Positions 1-11,200 of a stretch of 64,000 nt of DNA are shown here, one piece after another. This stretch comes from Mizuhopecten yessoensis (taxonomy: Eukaryota). Where the stretch lies: NCBI RefSeq assembly GCF_002113885.1, contig NW_018404662.1, positions 668,114-732,113 of the forward strand, written 5' to 3'. Below the pieces are notes generated by a model. The model was given only the letters and a program-made list of their open reading frames with translations. It was not told the origin of the DNA and made no database searches. Position 1 is the stretch's first letter, and each line of letters starts with the position of its first letter. The translations under genes and the position numbers were made by a program.

Positions 1-200
1 GAGTTATCGCGGGTTATAATAGATGTGTACATATATATAATGATGGTTTACGATGGAGAGTTATCGCGGGTTATGATAGATGTGTACATATATATAATGA
101 TGGTTTACGATGGAGAGTTATCGCGGGTTATAATAGATGTGTACATATATATAATGACGGGTTACGATGGAGAGTTATCACGGGTTATAATATATGTGTA
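1..200. repeat. 57-bp tandem minisatellite (at least 3.5 units, cut by window start)
   Basis: Unit gagttatcgcgggttataatagatgtgtacatatatataatgatggtttacgatgga restarts at 1, 58, 115 and 172. ORF 25..336 is an artefact of this repeat. Confidence 0.95.
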
Positions 201-1457
201 TACATATAACACATTTCAGTTTTCTACATCATATGTAACTAGTAAAGAACGTATCAAGTGCCCTAGCTGTGACAGTTTTGTGCTATCAAACGCTTACATT
301 TATTCAAGTTGTATTCGAAACAAAAACGTTGACTAGATTTAGGTCGTTTCAAGTAGGTCACTCATTTATTTAACAATACCCGGCAGTGTATAAGTGTCAC
401 GCTGACGATAAAGAGGGGGCTACCTTTGTGAACTTGTCGTATGATAACAATGTGCTACTTAAGATTTGTAGTTGGCATTGACACAATATTATCATCTGTC
501 AACCAATGGACATGTTTCTCCGAGGAAGTTAATTCCAGTCTAACCTTGATGGCTGCAGTTCTTTTGAGTAAATGCATGGTTCGTAATACACGATCTTTAA
601 TGCCATTGTCACGTTCCTTATGATGTTATTATACCAATACAAAATGCATATACATGTATAACAACATATATACTACAATATAACAACGTCATACAAACTA
701 CATTGTCATAATAACAATGTTATACAAAAAGAACAACAAGAAAATACCGAAGTGTCAACAAAACCATAATTCGTACACAAAAATTGCGAAAACTAAAACA
801 TAAGAAAAAATAACACGAGGGACTCTTGAAAAAGTACAAGGAGAAAAGACCAGGTCTTCAGGAAGGTTAAGAGTCTTCTGCTTCATCGTCGACAACCGCC
901 ATGTAAATCGAAGTCAAACCAAGTAATGCCACTTCCTTACATCCTGAACTCGGCTAGTGATAACAAAACAAAAATGGACTCTGATAAGACATCGACTTGC
1001 ATATCACACAAAGAGGCTTGAGATCTTGTCCATAGACTTCATCATCCTTCATCATTGAAAACCATGTGTTCTCAGTTTGTCCGTCAGCAGGCGACATCTA
1101 TCACGGAAGGCATAATATTCGGAGCAAGCTATAGAGTACCGATCAAGGAGTGATGTTGCTATCAAGAAAAGGAAAATTTCAAAATTGAAAAGTCACAATC
1201 GCCCCGCGTAGCATACAGGTTAGTAGAAAGCCGTCACTGTTGATCATGTTGTAAGTAAAGATTGAGGAAAGAGACTGAATTGGATGAGGATGTGTTGTCC
1301 TTTATTTCAAGCTCTGGAGGGTTTATGTGATCGATGTGTTCCACAAATTTCTTGTTGTTCAAAGACAGCACATCGTCAATATATCTTTATGTGAATTAAA
1401 AGGACTTTAGGTTTTTATTACCAGCCCTGAAAAGCTAATCAATAAGTTCAGCTTTAT
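148..1457 (+). repeat. Left copy of a ~1.3-kb direct repeat flanking the LINE at 1458-3736
   Basis: Near-identical to 3737-5029, with scattered SNPs and small indels. Identity ends at cagctttat in both copies. Confidence 0.95.
820..1457 (-). mobile_element. Degenerate Penelope-like (probably Naiad-clade) RT C-terminal fragment plus 3' region
   Basis: Minus strand gives RYIDDVLSLNN, PELEIKDN and LY..R.DCDFSILKF.F remnants, resembling the YIDD / LYDKRDDFNF.IVNFPFL motifs. Stops and frameshifts present. Confidence 0.6.
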
Positions 1458-3736
1458 TATTATTCTCTTTATTGCCTCCAAAGATGAAGATTACAAGGTA
1501 ATGTGGAACATATATACATAGTATTTGGTACATATATACACGAATACATAATATGCATTACATAAATATACACTTTATATATAGGGATGTGTATATAAGG
1601 TGTAAACTAATAAAATATTTTAGAGTAAACCTGAAAAGTTTCAATATACAGATTGCAAATTGATTTGCACAAGCCAAGTAAATTATAATAAATTGTATTG
1701 ATAAGTGGTACGTAATACTTATACATGACTATGTATATAAATCAATGTATCGTTGTATTTGTTAATACATGCAATAGAGACATTTATTATAACATACTAA
1801 CTATAAACGCGGAAGATACATTTGTGGGTCTGGATCACATAAGGGTGGGGGATATCCCTACCTGCGAGGTGTTACGGGCCCACATATGTATACTCCCATG
1901 CATCCTAATCTGTAGTATAGTTCATATAGTATCTCATGTGATAACTTTTGCTAAGTGCACATAACTTATAGAAAATTCTACATTAGATATGTATGTATTT
2001 AGCTTTTAATCATAACTATTATATACATTAAGTATAATATAGTTTACACATCTTGTACACATAAATGATGGATTTTATCCTGAAATCATTCAACTCTTCC
2101 TCACTAATGTTGTAGGTTATATTTCCTCCAATCATTATGTGTAATATCTCAAGATCTGGGAGAGAGTGTAAATAGACACTAAACAGTATATCCTTGATAT
2201 TAATTATACAGCACCATAGTTGGTCCCTCAACTCGGAAGTATAAGTACACTGTAGCACTAGATGTGTCATTGGGTCTTGATATAAAAACCCGCATTTATG
2301 ACATAATTCCATGGTAGTCAAGCTACGGATGGTTACAACTATTGTCATTATATATTGTATATATTCTCTGTATTGAGGAAATCGAAGCGCTAGCTTCCAT
2401 AAAGTATTAGATTTGAGTTGGTTATGTATTTCTCGAAACCTTGTAAAATCATTATCAACTTTCATACGTTCCTTTAGATTGTGTCCCTCATATTTCATTA
2501 CAGAATTGTATGCTGTGGTTTTCCAATCACTTTTCTTTCGAAAGATTCCAGTTTCAACAAAATTATCTAGATTTTGATGCAACGAATACTTTTTTAATAT
2601 TTTGACTATGTCGGGGATGAATCCGTTCTGGTATGGTCTACCTAGTCGAAACAAAAAGAGTCTTGTAATAAAAACTTTATAAACAAGAGACATTGGTTTC
2701 ATTCTACACCATCTTCCCAAGAATAATAATTTTCTAATGTCTATATATGCCTCAATAGAGGTCCAACCAAGTAAGGATGTACACATGTCTGTTCTGGTTC
2801 TTTTTTCAAACCCTTGAATACGTTTAACAATAAAATGTTGTGCTCTTTCCAACATTATTATTTCGGTTTTTGTCAATTGATAAAGCTCGCACCCGTATAA
2901 GGCGGATGGATAAACTTTAATTTTGATCAGCTTCGCTACTGTTAAAGGGTTGAGAGCACAAGGATGTGCACCGGAACGAACAAGGGACATCGTACCCGAT
3001 CTTAACTTATTACATGCAAGTGTTGTTCTCTCAAAAGAGTTCTGTTTAGAGTTTAATAATAAATACCAACATGTGTAATGCCGTCAGTCTGTGGCATAAT
3101 ACAATTGTAGAGAAAAAGATCTTTATACATAGTACAAGTTCTACTACTTGGGTTTGTGAAATTTACAATTTTGCTTTTTACAACAGATAATGAAAAACGC
3201 CATTTTTTACTATAATTCTCACATATTGATATCATTTTCTGAAGACTTTTAAGACTCGTACTCACCAGACAAATGTCATCTGCCTGTGTAGGAACATTAA
3301 CATTTAAATCAACAATTACTGCACTTAAACCAGAATTCTCTATTTCATTTAATAAATCGTTAATAAATACTAAATACATTTTGGCAGACAACGCTCCTCC
3401 TTGTAATATTCCACGTTCCATTTTGAGCATGGAGGACTTTAATCCATTAAATAAAACACAACTTTCAACATTTGTATACATGCATTTTAGTAAAATCCAC
3501 GTCTTGGCGTTTAGACCCAATTCATAAATTTTGTACAATAATCCAGCGTGCCACACAGTGTCAAACGCTTTGTTACTATCTAAGAAAGCAACGTGGACGT
3601 TGGAACCGTATTCAATATTATAACTAATGCATTCTTGAAGACTGAATGATGTGCATAAACTACACAAATTCTTTTGATAAGCAGACTGTTGTATATTTGG
3701 AAATACACGGGAATTTAAAACTCGTTGAATTCTTTG
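1458..3736 (-). mobile_element. 5'-truncated non-LTR retrotransposon (RTEX-like), one frameshift
   Basis: ORF 3053..3667 has RT motifs FLDSNKAFDTVWH, GILQGGALS and QADD. ORF 2028..2990 continues in another frame and ends with a CHKC..H...C zinc knuckle. Minus-strand 3' end is GGAGGCAATAAAGAGAATAATAA. Confidence 0.88.
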
Positions 3737-5029
3737 TATATAATGATGGTTTACGATGGAGAGTTATCGCGGGTTATAATATATGTGTATATATATAACA
3801 CATTTTAGTTTTCTACATCATATGTAACTAGTGCAGAACGTATCAAGTGCTCTAGCTGTGACAGTTTTGTGCTATCAAACGCTTACATTTATACAAGTTG
3901 TATTCGAAACAAAGACGTTGACTAGATTTAGGTCGATTCAAGTAGGTCACTCATATAAGTGTCCTGCTGACGATAAGGAGGGGGCTACCTTTGTGAACTT
4001 GTCGAATGATAACAATGTGCTACTTAAGATTTGTAGTTGGCATTGATACAATATTATTATCTGTCAACCAATGGACATGTTTCTCTGAGGAAGTTAATTT
4101 CAGTCTAACCTTGATAACTGCAGTTCTTTTGAGTAAATGCATGGTTCGTAATACACGATCTGTAATGCCATTGTCACGTTCCTTATGATGTTATCATACC
4201 AATACAAAATGCATATACATGTTTAACAACATAAATACTACAATATTATAACAACGTCATACAAATTACATTGTCATAATAACAATGTTATACAACAACA
4301 AAAACCAAGAAAATACCGAAGTGTCAACAAAACCATAATTCGTACACAAAATAGCGAAAACTAAAAAAACAAAAGAAAATTTACACGAGGGACCCTTGAA
4401 AAAGTACAAGGAGAAAAGACCAGGTCTTCAGGAAGGTTAAGAGTCTTCTGCTTCATCGTCGACAACCGCCATGTAAATCGAAGTCAAACCAAGTAATGTC
4501 ACTTCCTTACATCCTGAACTCGGCTAGTGATAACAAAACAAAAATGGACTCTGATAAGACATCGACTTGCATATCACACAAAGAGGCTTGAGATCTTGTC
4601 CATAGACTTCATCATCCTTCATCATTGAAAACCATGTGTTCTCAGTTTGTCCGTCAGCAGGCGACATCTATCACGGAAGGCATAATATTCGGAGCAAGCT
4701 ATAGAGTAGCGATCAAGGAGTGATGTTGCTATCAAGAAAAGGAAAATTTCAAAATTGAAAAGTCACAATCGCCCCGCGTATCATACAGGTTAGTAGAAAG
4801 CCGTCACTGTTGATCATGTTGTAAGTTAAGATTGAGGAAAGAGACTGAATTGGATGAGGATGTGTTGTCCTTTATTTCAAGCTCTGGAGGGTTTATACGA
4901 TCGATGTGGTCCACAAATTTCTTGTTATTCAAAGACAGCACATCGTCAATATATCTTAATGTGAATTAAAGGACTTGGTTAGGTTTTTATTACCAGCCCT
5001 GAAAAGCTCATCAATAACTTCAGCTTTAT
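3737..5029 (+). repeat. Right copy of the ~1.3-kb direct repeat
   Basis: Colinear with 148-1457 and starts exactly at the 5'-truncation point of the LINE. Confidence 0.95.
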
Positions 5030-5110
5030 ATGAAAACAGACACAAATCAGAAGAGGGCACAGTTTGTTCTCATAGAAATTCCTACAGACTGGTCGAAAAT
5101 TTAGTCACCG
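4380..5110 (-). mobile_element. Degenerate Penelope-like (probably Naiad-clade) RT fragment, second and longer copy
   Basis: Same motifs as 820-1457, extending upstream to VGISMRTNCALF.FVSVF (a GIPMGTNCAP-like RT motif). Confidence 0.6.
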
Positions 5111-6130
5111 AACTGAATACATATACTGTTAACCAGGATCTTAATCATTCTTGCAATAATGTCTAACTTTTTCTTGTTTTGATCGTTTTCTTTTCAAAGA
5201 AAGGTAAACGGCGATATAATGAATATTTGTATATTACTTTTGATTTTATTTTGTGAAACGTACAAAAAAGCCAAAAGGAGGTACTCAGTATTATACAAAT
5301 ATTCATGATATCGCCGTTTACCTTTCTTTGAAAAGAAAACTCTCAAAACAAGAAAACAAATGCGTTCATCTGTGGAAGTAAACAATCGGTATTTAAGGAT
5401 AGGTTTTTAAAGTGTTGATAGGTAACATTTAGTTAATACTTATATCCACTTTTAAAGATCCGGCTCAACTTTCTGTGTTTCAAATGACAGATTATGTAGT
5501 ACAAGCAGGGAATTTAAAGTATGCCGGTTATGGTACAAGTGTAAAGCGCTTGCTCCGACATCGCAACTTTGATAAGACTTTCCATTATTTTATTACTTTT
5601 GAAAAATAAAAACAATTTTTCTTAAATTCAACGTTGAAACGCATTATATATATTTCAGGGCATCTTGTACCATGCTCTTTGGAAAAGCCCTGCGTTTCGA
5701 CCAGACACACCGCTTGTTGTCTTAACCTTACTTCTCACACGTGTGTAGTTCAAATTAGGTAAGCGCTCCGGCTAGCGCTGTGACATATCATCCTAATTCT
5801 CGGTATCTGGTTGACCATTTTTGGACCTGTTCCAACATGAGTCTCGGTATGTTAAACTCAGTATGGTTTCATAAAGTATTTGGAGGTTCTAAAGAAGTTT
5901 TATATATATGTAAGTACTTATAATCATTGGAGCATACACTGAGTTTGTCTTTTATAAACTGCACACTTTTTAAAGTTTTAAGTGTTAGGGTATTGCGTAC
6001 AATTACTCAGAAATCCTTCTCGTGGTGCGAGTGCTTCATTGAACAAAGATATGTACCATTGACTTCGATAATTCAGTGGTGGTACATTGTGAGAAAGAGC
6101 ATATCATTCACATTTCCGGAACGAGAATCT

Positions 6131-6960
6131 AAACAAGAGGCCTGCTAGGTCTTAACGCTCACATGAGTACTAATAAAAAAATGTCTCAATCAATCAGAGG
6201 CCACATGGTCCATCTTAGATTTACTGATCGGAACGAAATGTAAAATAGCACTTCTTTGGGACCTTTTGTACTACGTTCTAGAGAAGAAGTCGAAAATGTC
6301 TTAGCCAATCAGAAACCATGGCAGCTATCTTGCATTGTTGGTCAGCACTAAAAGTAAGAACATTTTTAAGGTACCTCATTGGAAACATTTTACCAAGTTT
6401 GAAGTGAACCGTCCAGTCATTCGAAAATGCCTAAGCTGCGGCCATCTTGCATTTTCAGATTGGCATGAAAGGTATGAACATTTATTGGGGACTTCGAGCG
6501 TTTGGAGTCAATCAGTGCAGTCGTTCCTGAGATCTGATGAAGTCAAAAATATCTCCTTAGCCAATCAGAGGCCATGGCGACCATTGTAGAATTTCTGAAT
6601 TGGCATATAAGTATGAACACAACTTGTTGAGGAACTCGTAAACAATATTTTTACTTTTAGTTTGGAGTCAATCAGCACAGCCGTTCCGTAGAACAAGTTG
6701 AAATTAAATGTCTCAGCCAGCCAGATGACAGGACTGCCATTTTGAATTTTCGGATTGTCACTTAAGGTATGAATATTTAATTTGTTGGGGACCACATAAA
6801 GAGCATTTGTACTTAAGCCATTCTTGAACATCTGTTTGTGACCTCACACGGAAATATGTACCAAGGTTTAAAGTCAATCATGACACAGCTAAGTGGGTCA
6901 GCAGAAGAAGTCGAAAATGTAATTGTTTTACTGACGCACGATGGACGGCGCACGACGACA
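6131..6960 (+). mobile_element. Helitron/Helentron-associated non-autonomous element (HINE-like), degenerate
   Basis: Starts AAACAAGAGGCC..GCTCAC. Internal degenerate repeats (agccaatcaga..ggc.gccatcttg) and a GACG-type microsatellite near the end. Same architecture as 26324-27458 in the opposite orientation. Confidence 0.65.
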
Positions 6961-7505
6961 AATGCATGTAGCAATTAAAAACACGCATGTTTAAAGTGCC
7001 CTGACCGATCGTACTTTTTACCTCCGACCCTCACAATTTTTTTCTTCCGCAAACGCAGTCCATCATGTGTTGGGATAACTTGTCCACCTAAAACAAGGCA
7101 ACTATACCCTCACTGCAACTTCATAAGCAGGCATCGAAGCATATTTAAATCCAATATTAATAATGTACTTAAAAGACTTAAAAAATATGTTTGGTTATGT
7201 TTATAATTTCATTTTGAAAAACATAAAGGAAAATAAAAATTAATCCCGACGACCTAGCCTATTTTTTCATTCATGCAACTTCTTTCAAACCTACATTGTA
7301 GCTAGTCTGTATATAATAGCATCATCCGTATTGTATATTTTGTTAATATAACGGCATCCAGATACATATAAAGCCATGGAGTATATACGTCTATGCGGCT
7401 TCTAAATTTTAAAAAAAATGAAAGGTTTGCACTGGTCAGCATACATTTGTAATATCTTAGCAAGGAATTGAATATATAGCGCCATGAAATTTTCTTGGTC
7501 TATGT

Positions 7506-7603
7506 TAACTCCTGTAGGAACTCTATCTAAATCAGAGATTTATAACGATAGAGTTGCTATCGTTATAAATCTCTGATTTAGATTAGAGTTCCTACAGGAA
7601 TTA
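7506..7603. mobile_element. 98-bp foldback MITE with 9-bp TSD (Mutator-like)
   Basis: Two ~46-bp arms, 1 mismatch plus 1 indel, around the loop agttg. Direct repeat ggtctatgt at 7497-7505 and 7604-7612. Confidence 0.85.
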
Positions 7604-8261
7604 GGTCTATGTATACAGTTAGGATGGTGAGGGGAAAAAAACATTTTTTGCGATCCCCCGAGGTGAATTAGTTGTTGAGTGTGTCCAACATATATACGTC
7701 TCTGGTTTGTCCCATATCCATATTTGGAACAGTAAGCTTATTCTTTTCCTCGCTGTCCTATCCTAACACTCGGCAACTATAGGTTCGGTTATTTAAAACG
7801 ATGACCCAATGTTGACATAGCATAAGCTGTACAACGTATTTAAACAGTAACGTACGTAGCACGGACTTAAATAGCATTCTTGGGTATAAGTTACTGTTGT
7901 CGAACAGTAGGACAGGGGATGTCCTAGTAAGGTAACACGTAGATTCACTTGCATATGTATGACAAGGTTCTGCCCGTCAACATTACGGAAACACGAATAA
8001 ATCTTGTTGATGAACACGTGTTAAAAAAGGCAAAATATTTACAAGTGTCAGCCTGTAGGGGTTAACTCCGCCTTATGAAAATCAGATAGGTCAAGGTTGG
8101 TAACCTCGTCGCTGATTGGTTGAATTGATACAGTCCCCATGTGATCAGCTTCTAACCTACATGCTGTGTGTATAGCAGTTGCATTCGGTGATTAAAACCA
8201 TTATACTATGGTGATAAAATGTAGGAAAGGCGGTTAATGTTTACTTTTTAACAATTTCAAG

Positions 8262-11200
8262 ATGCGTTGTCAAATAACACAACCAAATTCGATAGTTTTA
8301 GAAGTAGAAGTGGACCCTAAATCGAATGGACAAGAAGTTCTGGAAAAGGTAAGTTGTCAGTTTACCTTATGATGGATTCTCTCACAGAAAAAGTAACAGA
8401 CGAGTTTATGTTTCCATAAAAACGATTTTATTTCTATCCAACAATACACATAATCTTTAGTTAACAATTAATTAGTATGATGTTAGTTCACTGTGTACAA
8501 CAAAATCGCTGTCGTTTTCTTTAATAACGTTCCTATATGAACACGCCGTGATCAATGATCGACCAGGGTCCAAAGTCCAACCTCGGGTTTCGCTGGCCTT
8601 TCTGTGTGTATTCGAACAAAGAACGGGGATATCTTCACTACTTTATCGTGTTGACAGCTCGGTCGTTGCATTTTATAGCATGATATGAGATGAAATGAGC
8701 ATGTAAATTCATCATATTTGATGTAACGTAAATTTCAAACAATTGTTATTGTGAGGTCAGCTGGCAGAGCACGATCAGCTGTAGTGTACTGTAGTGGAGG
8801 GGTTCTATTTTTAGCAAATATATAGCTTAGCAATCGTTCTCGTGTTCATTGGTCTACTTTACAGAATTATTCATAAAACACAATCTACAGCTAACGCGAA
8901 AACTTCATAAAGACATGATTGATTACATTTTTTAGTTAAAAACAAATAAAATAAATTTCTTTAAGTGATGCAATAACTCAATTTGTTCATTGATCAAAAA
9001 TATATAAGGTCCCGCTTATGCAGTGTGCATGTAATAATAAGTACATGTATTTTGAAAAAAAATATGGTGAAGAGATACTCGATTGTCCAATGTTGGGATA
9101 TTATATCATGTAAATTAACACATTTATGGAAATTACTGGTTTAAAAAATAGTCAGATATACATGTACATAATCCATCATTATTCAATGACCTGGAAACGA
9201 GTATTGGTTATGGCTTGATCGATGATTGCCATTTAGGAGCTGGGGACTTATATCTTCTTTTCTGTCATATACATGTATAGGTATACCAACTCTTTTTTTT
9301 GACAGTGTCTCCTTCATAATTAGCTTACACTTTTTACGAGGATGTTATAAAACAGTATTAAATGAAACAAGTATTATGGGATGAAGCTGAAAGATATATT
9401 GCTTCTACGAATGAGAGTAATTAAATTCAATAACACATATACTATATACTGCTAAAGCATTCAAGGACTATATATAGTTATCCAGAAACAATTTTCATAT
9501 AGGGAAAGGGGCATACGTATACCTATACAGAATATCCTTCAAGCTACAGTGTAAAGGTAATTCTGTAGCAAGCCATCATTGGTAATTTTGGTCCATGCAA
9601 GATGCACTCAGCTTCCATTTAAGAAAATATAAGTGACCCACCATATCCTTTAATCCACTTGATATACATCTATTAAAAAACCTCACAAAAAGGTTCGTAG
9701 AAAGGTCATTTCATAGTATTATGGTCCGGCAGGCAAGTACTGAATCAATAGAAAATATTCTTTGGCTAAATACAAGTATTGAATTTTGAATCTTTTAGGT
9801 TTGCCAGCAACTAGGGATTGTGGAACAGGACTACTTTGGACTCCAGTTCCAAGGTGCTAAGGGCGAGCTGTTATGGCTGAACAGCAGAAACCCAGTGTGT
9901 AAGCAAGTGAATGGACCTATACCGTACAGGTTCCAGCTCCGTGTCAAATTTTACGTCCAACCTCATCTGCTGCTGCAGGAAGAATGCAGGTAATTATTAT
10001 AACAGTACAAATTATATATCTACAATTACATATTTTTGGAGTATCAAGAATGGGCAGAATAAGTAATGAAACTTATTTTATGATGATAAAAATCTTACTG
10101 ACAGTGATATTGACAACAGAAGACAATGTGCAGATGTGGATGTGAGATTGTGTTTAAATGTCATATTTATGAACAAGTATGAACTAATAACAATAACTTT
10201 CTATTTTGATTTTTCCTCAATATATATGTTCATTCAAATCTCTGAAAAAATCATAGATTCACTTCCAAATAGAGGTTATTTACTATCCATGTCCTTGGGG
10301 AGATACTATTTGTAGCCACTGTACCAACCACTACAGTATTTGTTTACTAGTATATATTTGAGTTACATCGATGATTCTTTCTTGGTAATCTGTTTTTTTC
10401 CCTTTTAATGTTTGGGGTGTGGGTGATGTTACTGTCCTGTTAAAATATAGAGAGAGATTTAATCATTTCTATTTATAAAGTGCTTTCTATGTTAGTAATT
10501 ATATAAGTAATACAACAGGTATGAAAAAATTCAAGCATATTTAATGATAAATGTATATGTCTACTAAGTAACGATTGAAGCTTAAATTGTTATTGATCTG
10601 TGCCTTACAAGTGATTCCATTGATAGGTTATTTATAAATAGTCGACTTTTTGTGTTCTGTTGATTTTTGATCTTGTACAACCTTGTTATCTAACAATATG
10701 ATATGTGTAGTAAAGAAAATCTGGATAAAATGTATATATCTACACTGACGTAAGATATTCAAACAGAAATTTATCTAAGGTATTGTGATCATACATATAT
10801 ATGGCCTTGTTATCGAGATCACTTTTCATTTTGAATTCCCACATAGGGACAATGTTAAATTTTGCTGTAAACATTGTTTTGGACAATACATTTTTCATGT
10901 TTGAAAACCTAAAAATCAGATACAATTTTACCAGAAACTGTCTTAAAAGCAGCAAGCAGTGTGCCAAAGTTGCCCAAAATAGGAAAGAAAGAAAATTGTT
11001 GGAAATAAAAAAGGGAATAAGTTGGGGAAAAAACACATATTTTGTATGAAAGACTTTTGGCAAGTCAAATACCTTTTAATATATTTTATCATCAAACTAA
11101 TAATTTCTGTTAAATTTAAGTTGTAAAAATGTAATAAATATATCACTGGTAATAGGAACAGAAAAATGCACAACCAGACTGGGATTCAAACCCGGGACCC

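Noticed and set aside
8085-8107. AGGTCA half-sites near and within MYLIP as an LXR-type element
   Set aside because: No clear DR4 was found, and half-sites are frequent by chance and within local repeats.
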